Assembly (NCBI RefSeq): GCF_006345805.1
Contig: NC_043005.1
Coordinates: forward strand, 101,742,001 to 101,806,000
DNA: 64,000 nt
Reading direction: 5' to 3'
From: Octopus sinensis
Taxonomy: Eukaryota
Shown here: piece after piece, positions 38,864 to 50,505 of the stretch
How positions within the stretch are numbered: position 1 is the stretch's first letter
Layout of the letters: each line of letters opens with the position of its first letter
Position numbers and translations under genes: made by a program
Notes under the pieces: model-generated
The model's input: the letters and a program-made list of their open reading frames with translations, nothing else
Database searches by the model: none
What the model was told of the DNA's origin: nothing

Positions 38864-39070
38864 CGCAGGAGTGGCTGTGTGGTAAGTAGCTTGCTTACCA
38901 ACCACATCGACTTAATCCGTTTGTCTGTCCTTGTTTGTCCCCCCTGTGTGTAGGCCTTGTGGGTGTGTAAAGAAATAGGTATTTCGTATGTCGTTACGTT
39001 CTGAGTTCAAATTCCGCTGAGGTCGAATTTGCCTTTCATCCTTTCGGGGTCGATTAAATAGGTAAGTATG
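38864..39070 (+). mobile_element. chimeric SINE: family A head joined to the family B 3' part, followed by the family B middle part
   Basis: ggcgcaggagtggctgtgtgg...accacat|cgacttaatccgtttg...gaaataggt|atttcgt...gagttcaaattccg...gggtcgattaaat. Confidence 0.8.
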
Positions 39071-40212
39071 TGGAATCAAATTTATATGTTTTGAAATGTC
39101 TGAGACAATTGACACACGTGCAATTTTCTATACCTTTGGATGCGAATCGAAGCACCTGGCTTTGTTGATAATAAACAACAGATCAGTATTTGCTTACAAC
39201 TTCCACTCACTAATACTAACATGGCTACCAAATCATCACCACCATCACAATCACCACTATTACAACCACCATCATCATGAGCTACCACCACCACCACCAC
39301 CACCACTACAACCACACACCATACCACTATCACCTAAAAGCCTATACGCAATCATTCACATAAATAGTTGGCCAGACAGCAAAAACTACGGTTGCAGCAG
39401 CCAATGCAGAATGAGTTCGAAATAAATCTAATCACGGAATAGCGACTATACACACACAAGCATACTCTTGCTCATGAGTACATGTATCTCGGTGTGTGAG
39501 AGTGTGTGTGTCTGTATGAGAGAGAGAGAGATAGAGAAAGAGAGAGGGAGAGAGAGAAAGTGAGTGTGTGTGTGTGTGTGTGTATCGGTATTTCTCCCGA
39601 GCAAAGCACGAATCAACGAATGATTCTCCTCTGTTCGTCATAAGGGCCGATTTCATTATTGCTTAATTCATCACAAGCTGCTTATCTGTAAATACTTTTA
39701 AAGCATAGGTAATTTTCCCTTATATAACGGGAAATAATACTTCATATTAACCAACGGCATCGCTACCTCAAAAAAAAAAAATTCGATTCATTTATTACAA
39801 GTAGGACACATTTAACTTACGAACACCAGACCCTTGCTTCTGCCGCTTCTATCAGCGCTGCACCAAAGCAGACATAACACGAGTGATTCTTATTTTAAAC
39901 ATGTCATAACGTATCTATATTTGTCCTAACGCATCTGGTTATTTTATTGCTTATTTTTCTATTTTATTCAATCTTTTACTTTATCTGTTAGATTTATCGT
40001 TCACTTATCCACGTCTTAACATAAATATCTTAACTTACCTCATCTTGCACTATTTTATCCTGTCTTATCCTAAATATATATATATATATATTGGAAGTAA
40101 ACAAATGTGTATATATATATATATACACACATATATATATATGTAATTGTATATATATTTGTACATATATACATATATATATATATGTATGTATATATAT
40201 ATATTATATATA

Positions 40213-40294
<82 letters not shown>

Positions 40295-40848
40295 CATATA
40301 TATGCAGAGATATGTGTGTGTATGTGTATATCTATATATATATATACATATATATACATGAAGATATATAATATATATAATACATATAGTATATGTGTGC
40401 GTGTGTGCATGTGCTTGTGTGCATGATTATGTGAATGTACATATATATGTAATGCAAAAATATATATATATATATATATGTGCTATTATATATTATATAT
40501 ATATGTATATATATATATATATATATTTTATATATATATATATATATAAATATTTAGATACATACATACATAGACTTTACACATACAGTCATAGAGAGAC
40601 AAAAAGAGATGGATAGATAGATAGATAGGGAGATAGCTACATATACATACGTGTGTGTGTGTGTATATGTAGATTACTCTTATCCGAAAGAAAAGCAGAT
40701 ATGCAAATAGAACAGTCATAAGAAGACATGCATGCGATTTAATCCTGCAATACAAACAAGCGTCGACTATTAATCTAAATAAACACGTATCTATATAATC
40801 CACATTTGTGCATGCTTACATATGCTTTTGCTGCAGAAACACGCACAC

Positions 40849-40903
<55 letters not shown>

Positions 40904-41294
40904 CGCATGTACAATACTAACCTAAACATACATATATATTTAATCCTAAAAATATATTTAATCCATAAAAATAAATAAAAAGTGATGGTATTTTGTGTTC
41001 AACGTAAGGATATAGTGATACCTAATCTAAAGCATGAAGTCTACACTTCTAGGCACTCACACATATATACACAAACACAGATGAAGATTAAAGTTGTCTT
41101 GCAAGTAAAGTAGAGAACTTCTTACACTTAGAAGGCGAGTTCGAAAATCTTTCTGGCGTTTCTGTCTATATTTGGTGAGATGTCTTCACTCATACATGTA
41201 TACAATTAGGTTAGATACGAGTAAATCTTATCTATCTATTTATTTATCTATCTATACACGGATACACACATATATATGTACATATTTATATATG

Positions 41295-41354
<60 letters not shown>

Positions 41355-41416
41355 CATATATACATATGTATATGTATATATATATATATAAATACACACA
41401 CACATACACACACACA

Positions 41417-41461
<45 letters not shown>

Positions 41462-41462
<1 letters not shown>

Positions 41463-41700
41463 GTAGGAGAGAATTCACAAAAAAAACAAAAGAGGAAGAC
41501 AGGTGTTCTATACAGCAAACAGATGTATTAGTTTGACGCTCGGGAAGTGAAAAAGTCTTCAACGTTTCGAGCCTACACTCGTCCACAGGAAGGAACACAG
41601 AAAGAGACAAGGAGAGAAAATAATGAATGTGTAGTGGCTAGCGATCTATTATGGCGAAAGCCGGACAGAAGGGTTACACAGGAGAGCTAGGGAGAAGGGG
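41462..41700 (-). mobile_element. Penelope-like terminal fragment with an A6U hammerhead-like motif (41557-41592)
   Basis: cttc-CTGTGGA-C-GAGT-gtag-GCTC-GAAA-CG-TT-gaag on the minus strand. Begins at a (TA)n tract. Homologous to 5349-5540. Confidence 0.65.
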
Positions 41701-42044
41701 AGATAATAAAGTAGTGGTGATCCCAAAACGAAGGTGCACGTGCTTATGTATAAGGGAGTTTTGTATGTGCGTGTGGAAGAGGGCTGGTGATCTTGACGTG
41801 TGCGTACATGTATGTGTAGGTGTGAAAATGTGGGTATGGCAGTGTTCAGTGCTGATGTGTGCATGGTTGTGTGTTATGATGTGTTGTGTGGTATGGTGTT
41901 GTTGGGAGGTAGGGGAGGCGAGAGTGGTGAAGGCAAGGGTGGGGTGTTGGTTATGCTGTGGGTTGGGGTAGATGTGGTGTAAGGGGTAGGCGAAGGGTAT
42001 ATATGTTTGTGTGTGTGTACATATTTATGTATAATATATGTACT

Positions 42045-42105
<61 letters not shown>

Positions 42106-42382
42106 TACATTTGCTGCCTTCTGGGTTTTTTTCAAGTAATTTCTCATGTACCAGTGTTCATATTTTCAAATGGAACAGATCCTGTTCTCAGGGCTTGAGA
42201 CTGTTTCGAAACAAATCGTGTTATGAAAACCTACTTAGACACATCTATAAGTAGTTCTACACAGAGAGACACACAGACACAGATAAATACAGACACACAC
42301 AGACACATACAGACGCGCACATTCACACAGACATATATGCATCTATAGAGAGTGTTGTGTTTTGCGATTTTCTAATGAGACA

Positions 42383-42617
42383 TTTCAGTCAATTGACTGC
42401 GTCCATGCTGGAGCACCGCCTTTCGTCGAGCAAATCGACCCCAGGACTAATTGTTTGGAAGCCTAGTACTTATTGTATCGGTCTCTTTTGCCGAACCGCT
42501 GAGTTACGGGGATGTAAACACACCAGCATCTGTTGTCAAGCGATGTTGGGTGACAAACAAAGACACACAAACATACACACACACATACACACACACACAC
42601 AACACACACACACACAC

Positions 42618-42706
<89 letters not shown>

Positions 42707-42865
42707 TACGACGGTCTTCTTTCAGCTTCCGTCAACCTAATCCACTCACAAGGTATTGGTCGGCCCGAGGCTATAGTAGAAGACACTTGCCCAAGGTGCC
42801 ACGGAGTGGGAATGAACCTGAAACCATGTGGTTGGTAAGCATGCTACTTACCACACAGCCACACC
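42383..42865 (-). mobile_element. SINE family A
   Basis: Full head, core and tail in reverse, with an expanded internal CA/TA repeat. Confidence 0.9.
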
Positions 42866-43532
42866 TGGTTTATATGGTTCAATATGTATGAAGTCTAAAT
42901 ATTTTTGATGTGTATCGTATTTGTGTAGGTGAATCTGTTCTTGTACGATAATATTACTTGATCTGGTAACTTATTCAGGTAATCTTTACAAACTGCTGCG
43001 TTCATAAGATTTCCTTATTTAAAGCTTCTTTAGTAGAAGAGTATTCTTAAAAGGCATCTAAGACGGGATATATCTTTAGATGAGTCGTATGATGACGCTC
43101 AAAATTGCCATCCATTTACAGATATTTCTGTCTGTTTTTTAGTCACCCCATTCGCCGCCTGTGCTGCCGTTAATTACAATAATCTATATTTTGCAATGGC
43201 GGGGTGATGTTCTTTGAATTCAAGCTAGAGTCCTTTAAATTGTTAATTTGAGGATAAAATTATGTATTCGAGACTTCCTGTAGATCTGTCAACTTGCTCT
43301 TGCTTCTCTATCACATTGGATGACAGTAGCATACTTGCTGCAGAAAATGTGACTGTGTAAAGGAATAATTTCCTTTCCTGTTTCAGCCCTATACAACGCC
43401 ACGAGTTTTAACCCTAATTAACTCGACCGCCCTCTCCCCCACCTCCGTCGGCGTCTCTCCCTGTCTCTCTCCCCCCTCTCTACGTGCATATATCTATATC
43501 TATATATATATTTAAACAAGATATCGTTATTA

Positions 43533-43551
43533 GAAATGATACTACTACTAT

Positions 43552-43589
<38 letters not shown>

Positions 43590-43681
43590 GCACCACCACC
43601 ACCACTAATACTACTACAACTAAGACCACCACCACCACCACCACCACCATCACCACCACCACCACCACCACCACCACCACC

Positions 43682-43715
<34 letters not shown>

Positions 43716-44298
43716 ATAATAATAATAATAATAAAGCAGCCAGCAAGCTTAACAAAATAGGCGAAATATACATAAAGATAACGGTACCAAATGTACCAGG
43801 TTTACTAGAAAGAGGAGTCAACATTCCAAAGCCACGAGTTTCTCACTATAAATAAACGCGCACGTTAAGGCAGCGAATATAAGAAAAATGGCCGTTACCA
43901 TTGCAAAACTACAAAGAAAAGAACCGACATCTCATTATGAATTGATTTAATCATTTGTGCTAAAAACACTTATGATCAACACCTGAGCTTACTCAAAATA
44001 TACTCACAGGAGTTGAAATTAATTAATAATGTGATGTCAGTACTTTTCTTTGTAGTTATGCAAAGATAACGGCTGTTTTCTTATATTAGCTGCATTAACC
44101 CTACGCGTTTATTTGTAGTGAGAAATTTGAGACTTTTGATTGTTGACAACTACTTCTAGCTACCCTGGTACATTTGGTACCGATTTTGTTAATGTATATT
44201 TTACACATTTTGTTTAAGAATGCTGGCCGCCTCATTGTTATTATTATTATTATTATCATTATTACTATTATTATTATCATTATTATTATCATTATTAC

Positions 44299-44368
<70 letters not shown>

Positions 44369-44393
44369 TGTAGTAGTAGTAGTAGTATAATTT
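43533..44393. repeat. ~860 bp foldback: (ACT/ACC)n-(AAT)n-125 bp arm, ~240 bp spacer, inverted arm-(ATT)n-(AGT)n
   Basis: 43739-43860 (gccagc...cggtaccaaatgtaccagg...tttctcactataaataaacgcg) is the diverged reverse complement of 44103-44226. Confidence 0.85.
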
Positions 44394-44399
44394 TAATGT

Positions 44400-44610
44400 A
44401 GCGACTGGCAGGATCGTTAGCAAGCCGGGCAAAATGCACACCCATATTTTGCCCGTCGCTACTTACTGAGGTCAAATCCCACCAAGGTCGACTTTACCTT
44501 TCATCCTTTCGGGGTTGATAAATTAAGTACCAGTCGACTACTGAGGTCAATGTAATCGACTAACCCCTCCTCCAAAGTTTCAGACCTTGTGTCTATAGTA
44601 GAAAGGATTA
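44400..44610 (+). mobile_element. diverged SINE family B
   Basis: ctggcaggatcgttagc..gccgggcaaaatgc...aggtcgactttacctttcatcctttcggggttgataaattaagtaccag. Confidence 0.8.
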
Positions 44611-45265
44611 TTATTGTTATCATCATTATTATTATTATAGTTATTATTATTGGTATTATTACTGTCGAGTGAGAGAGCAGTGTATTCCATCAATGTGACA
44701 CTGGAGTAAAATATACAAAGTCCGGTATACCCATCGTGACTACCTGTCTGATAAGGGCACGCCAGGCACATGAATCACAACCATATGTGCGTGACATGGT
44801 GATCGCATATCAAGATTAACCGCGCATGACCTTGCAGGTGGAGCCTAGCTAGAATTTTCTTCAGGCAGAGTATCTCATCCCACTCAATTCCTACTTGGAA
44901 TTTTTCATTTGTTATGTAATATTGCATTTAAGAAAATATTTTTAATAATAATAGAAACTTTGGTTAATTCTATAAATGAGTGAAATATTAAATCTATACA
45001 TAAATTGAATTATATAATAATTATATAATAAGTTTAATTGATTTGCGTGTATATATTTGAACGCTTTTCTATTTGTAATTTTCGTAGTTATAGTTTATTG
45101 TAGTATTATGTATATAACTCAGCATGAAGTTTTTTAGTATATATTACGTAAATAGATTAAGATTAAACTTACATGTTTATTAAATAAATACATAAATAAA
45201 TAATTTAATGTATATAGATTAAATTATAGCATTTTAGCGTCAGCTTCACTTAATGTATATTATGG

Positions 45266-45309
<44 letters not shown>

Positions 45310-45684
45310 TAGTTTTAAATATTTTGTTTTAATTACTTGTATCTTAATTTTCCTGCAATGATAAACTGTAGTTAGTTATTTTTTCTTCTATAAGCTAAAA
45401 CATTTTTTTATAGATAAGATAAATATTTCTATCTATTTCTTCTAGTTTTATTTACACCACGTTTTTACGAGATAATTTTATTATAAACACCTATAAGTTC
45501 TACGTATTAAGTTTAAAGATCTAGTTAACAGAATATATTCGATAAGATATTTCGTGATTTTGTTTCAAGCTATATTGTTGAATTTTGTTTGATTTTTTAT
45601 CGTAAAATTAAGTATTTTTATATATATTTATATTTTCTTATAAGATAATATACGTACATTTATTTATTTTATTGTTTTTATCTT

Positions 45685-45767
45685 GGACCTGATGAGTGAC
45701 TATATTTAAATTTAATTGACTTTATTGTTACTAATTTGAAAATATTGCCACGAAACACGTGTAGTCT
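45685..45767 (+). ncRNA. type I hammerhead ribozyme with a long AT-rich stem II and a palindromic minimal stem III; predicted cleavage after 45763
   Basis: ggac-CTGATGA-gtgactatattt...aaaatattgccac-GAAA-c(acgt)g-TA-gtct. G10.1-C11.1 present. ACACGTGT is a palindrome. Confidence 0.78.
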
Positions 45768-45933
45768 ATTTACTAATTATATACTATTTATTTATTATTT
45801 CGTACCTTAATTAGTTCTAAGTAGATGTTTTATCGTATCTTTAATTATTTTCCTATATGGCATGATTTAAGTAGTATATCATTGTTAAATTGCTACATGG
45901 TGGTATGGTGGTTCTTCTCTATTTTATACACAC

Positions 45934-46020
<87 letters not shown>

Positions 46021-46490
46021 TGAATCTTAGCAATTCGACAAAAGTGTTGCGTTGGTTCCATAATAGGAGGCCTGATACTTTTGTAGAAGTCGTGGGTACG
46101 AGTATCACGGGCAGTCGGCGACATTTTTGTCCAGAGGTATATAGGGTGGTACCTAATGATGTAAGCTGTAACATGTCAATAAATTTTAATTCACCTTTAG
46201 ATTACAATTGTTAGAGATAATCTGAATAAATTAAATATTATTTCTACAGAATACAGAACTCTCATGATTAAGAGAAAAACTAGATTTTTTTCTGCCCTCA
46301 CGAAATACCCTCAAACATGACTCGGTCTAATATGGATTTAACAGCAAAGATGATTTTTCCTTGTATGCATTGAACAGACAGTAGACAGAGAATTTACTAG
46401 AACTTAAATAAAAAGAATAAACGGAAGAATATTGCTACGAATTTTGGGTAGCTTAATCTAAATAATGGCAACACTCACCCCCACCACCAA

Positions 46491-46885
46491 AAACAAGCAA
46501 GAGCACTCAGAGAGTGCAAACCTCCACCAAAGCAACACCAACATTCTTTCATCGATAAACCGGAGGTGTTATTTAAAATGAGAATACGTGAAATAAGCTC
46601 GATTGCTCTCACAAACAAAAATACTAAAAATGAACCCGACCGCTCGCAAAAAATTAAGTAAAAATACAGGCAAAATAATCCAGGATCCTTTTCCGGTACC
46701 CGATCAATCCCCAACTCCAATAAGTTCCTGCCAGTCAAGAGGCCATGCATCCTTGATAGTTTCATCGGAATCCATCCAGCGGTTTTTTGAGATATCTTGT
46801 CCACAGACAAACAAACAAACAAACAAAGAAACACAAACAAATGAAACCGAAAACAATGCATCCGTCTTTACTAAGGCGGAGGTGA
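46491..46885 (+). mobile_element. Helentron-associated non-autonomous element (HINE/DINE-1-like)
   Basis: Subterminal inverted repeats acctccaccaaag (46520-46532) / ctaaggcggaggt (46871-46883), gagcactcagagagtgca 5' block, (ACAA)n tract. Confidence 0.75.
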
Positions 46886-47284
46886 GAAAGACGCGAGGGA
46901 AAGACTTGAAATGAGTCAATGGTATTGATTTAGACAATTTCTTTCAGCAACTAATAAACAAATTACAACTTATTTAGGTTAATCTTGCTTACGACAATGA
47001 GAATATCACGACCAAGATGAGTAGAATGTACACATATAGTCGACAATAAGTCAATATTTTATAAATGTTGACTACAATCTCCTAATATAATAACGAGCGT
47101 AGTGTTTTATCTGTGTATATATATAGGTGAGAAAGTTGGTGTGTGAAAGCACGTAGTTGAATATATAGAAAATAATAAAAAGTGAAAAAACTACGGAAGG
47201 CTTGTTTTAAAAGGTTAAAAAAAATATATTTGAGTCATTATGTCAGAAGAATGTTATAAATTTTTTTCCTACAGTGACATAGTT

Positions 47285-48855
47285 TTTGAAGAAATTACCG
47301 GTTTCGTGTTTAACTTTTCAAATTTCTCAAAACATTGTTATGATTTCGTTCGTTAAGAAGTGTAAAGAAGAGTTCCAGGTAAGGGGAGGTAATAAGTGAT
47401 TTCTTCCGGTGTAAGGGAGATAATCGCTTAATATTTCTTGCCTTTTTTTAGTGGAGTGAGTTTCTCTGTATAAGAATTTTGGAGTGGTTAAGTTTGGGCT
47501 TATATTTTTCAATGAAGAATGTTTCCTTGTTTAGTCTAATTTTTGTTGGTGTTCCAATAGCACATTGTTAAAATGGAAAGATTAAAAATTGTGGTAGTAG
47601 TTGCTCACTAAAGGATATCATTCTGTATTCTGGGAATACAATTTGTTGTCGATGCAGTGTGCATCTACGTCTGAGTGATAGTCCCGTGGACCCCACGTAG
47701 TTTTGGTGGCAGCCCGAGCATCTTATGACATAAATTATGTTTTAAGAGGCACAAGTAAAATTAGATTTTTGTCCCTCTTTGAAGAGGAATTCTGATCCTT
47801 CTAGAAGGTTTGGGCATGTTGCACAGTTTGGTCTTCCACATTTTTTTACTTTTGCATCCGTAATTTCAGAAAGCAATTTTGCCTTTGTGAGAATCTTTTA
47901 AAGTGATTTAGGTTGTTTGTAGCTTGTAATGATTTTATGTATGTTTAGAATTTCCTTTAATTTGGGGTCCTTATGAAGTATTGGTAAATTCTGGGTGATG
48001 ATGGTAAAGGCTTCTTTATTCTGGAGTTGTATGTGGATATGTAAGGCAGTATTTTTGGGGAAGGTGTGTTGTTGTGTTGAATTTTTCTCAAAGTTTCTAT
48101 GTCGATTTCTGTTGCACGTCTGATCCCATCCTCTATGAGTTGAGCTGGGTAGTATCTGTCAATTAGGGTGTTTTTGAGTTCTTGTAGTCTAAAGTTCCTG
48201 GTATTTTGTCCTGACACTATTGTGCATATCCTTCTTGCAAGGTTGAAAGGGACGTTTGTTTTAGTGTGTCTTGGGTGGCATGAATCAAAAAGTAGGTATT
48301 GTTTGGCGTCTGTGGCTTTGTAAAAAATGTCTGTTTCTATTTTAAGGTTAATCTGTTTAATTAGTATATCTAAGAATGGGAGCTCCTTTTGGTTGTATTC
48401 CATTGTGAACTGTATATTTGAGTTGATGCTGTTCAATAGGTTTTTGAATTTTAGGAGTTTATCTGTGTTTTCATTCCAGAGTATAAAACAATCGTCCAGG
48501 AATCGTTTCCAATTCTCTTTTATGTATTGAGAGAGGGGTTTTCCAAAGGTTGATAAAGATTCCTGGTAAATAATTATTTCCAGGTAGCCCATTGTTAGGT
48601 TCGCAATGACTGTTGCTGCCCTTGTACCCATAGCAATTCCGGATTTTTGACGGTAAAATGTATTGTCAAACATGAAGTGGTTATTATGTAGGATGAATTC
48701 AACCGATTTAGTAATGAATTCTTTACTGATCCTTTTTGGTATTTCTGCCGGAAATTGGTCCAGCCAGAACTGTATTGCCTCTAGTCCATAATTATGAGGT
48801 ATACTGGTATATAAATTAACTACATGAAATGAAGCCATGATTGTTTCTTCCTATA
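47285..48855 (-). mobile_element. Penelope-like retroelement, 5'-truncated and decayed: RT plus GIY-YIG endonuclease and 3' terminal region
   Basis: ORF 48838-47957 has SFHVVNLYTSIP, YRQKSGIAMG, KRFLDDCF, IQFTME, LPFLD and TDIFYKATDAKQYL.F.S.HP. Downstream broken frames give CGRPNCATC, NIIYVIRCSGCHQNYVGST (~47740-47686) and ETFFIEKYKPKLN. U3-A8 hammerhead-like motif at 47289-47328. Confidence 0.95.
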
Positions 48856-49230
48856 TTCTTTTATTCTTTTTACTTATTTCAGTCGTTTGACTGCGGCCGT
48901 GCTGGAGTGCCGCCTGTAGTCGAGCAAATCGACCCCAGGACTTATTCTTTGTAAGCCTAGTACTTATCATATTGGTTTCTTTTGCCGAACCGCTATGTTA
49001 TGGGGACGTAAACACACCAGCATCGGTTGTCAAGCGATGTCGGGGTGACTAATACACACGCACACAATCATATACACACACATACATATATATATATACG
49101 ACGGGTTTCTTTAAGTTTCCACTCACAAGGCTTTGTAGAAGACAGTTGCCCATGGTGCCACACAGTGGGACTGAACCCAGAACCATGTAGTTGGTAAGCA
49201 AGCTACTTACCACACAGCCACTCCTGCGCC
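48855..49230 (-). mobile_element. SINE family A abutting the 5' truncation of the PLE
   Basis: Full head and tail in reverse, with an internal deletion. Confidence 0.9.
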
Positions 49231-49451
49231 TATATATATTTGTCCAGAATCACGCCGGACGCGGAGGAGCAGAGAATATAGTAATTCGGTGAAGGAGAAG
49301 TAGTGAGGGCAGTGAAAGAAAGTATTAACAATGAGAGAAAGAAGGGATGTTTCTTCTCTGTGTGAGTATATGTGTGTACGTGTGTGCGTGTACAAGGGAA
49401 ATACATGAATGTTTGTATGTGTGATTATTATGTATCTTATACATACATACA

Positions 49452-49544
<93 letters not shown>

Positions 49545-49769
49545 TAGAAAAAAACCCACCTTTTATTAATTCAATAATGAAAAATTAAATTATACCATTT
49601 AGAAAAATTACATATAGAAAGATTAAACAAGATAAAATGTATAACAATGATTAAGTAATATGCAAAATAATAAATAAAACGTATACATTTTGTGAAATTT
49701 GATTTAGTATTTCTAAATCGAATTTTTCCCTTTAAGTTTAGAATAATATTTCCTCTTATTATTATTATA

Positions 49770-49819
<50 letters not shown>

Positions 49820-50307
49820 ATACTACAATTAGCTGTCATTATAGACGGCACGTGGTCAGCTAGTGTATATATATATACATACATCAAACATGTAATGAAG
49901 AGTACAACATTTAATGCGTTGAGTAAAACCTAAGCATTTGACTGCGGAATGTAAAATGCAATATTTTACAGATGTGAAAAATAAAAATGTAAAGAAATTA
50001 GCTATGAAAGAATGGAATGAGATAAGAAGAAAGGAAGAAAGAAGGAATCAAAGAAAGGAAGGAAGAAAGGGAAAATAGGAAGTCTTCGGGTCTTTGTTAA
50101 AGAGTAATATCAATTTGATTTTTCTTGGTTTCTCCGGCAGAGAAAGCACATCGTTGGTGAGAAAACTCACATCTGTTTGTATACAATTGGAATCGGAGAA
50201 AGGTGATCTAAGTGTTTGATGACAAATATTGCCCTATCCTATATCGTTTGCTCCTGTGCTTTGATGACGAAACATCAGTTTTTCTCTCTGTTTATCCACC
50301 CCGAAAC

Positions 50308-50505
50308 ATGGACACCACAACCACCACCACCACCAACACCACCAACACCACTAGCACTATCATCATCACCGCCATTAAAACCACAACCATCATCACCACC
50401 ACCACCACCGCCGCAGTCGCCGCCGCGAAAATCACTACCACCAGCATTAGCATCAGCAGCACCAGCAGAACTACCACCACAAATCCTCCACCACCACCAC
50501 CACAC
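50308..50505. repeat. (CAC)n-rich low-complexity tract
   Basis: Directly visible. Confidence 0.85.

Noticed and set aside
44890-45680. Very AT-rich segment as a mitochondrial insertion (NUMT)
   Set aside because: No recognisable mitochondrial tRNA, rRNA or protein sequence by eye, and it ends in a PLE-type hammerhead.
47085-49866. Single Helitron spanning the PLE (TC-like start at ~47088, CAGCTAGT at ~49860)
   Set aside because: The 3' hairpin is weak and nothing links the two ends.
50250-50280. TTGATGACGAAAC
   Set aside because: No stem II between the core halves, so it is a chance match.
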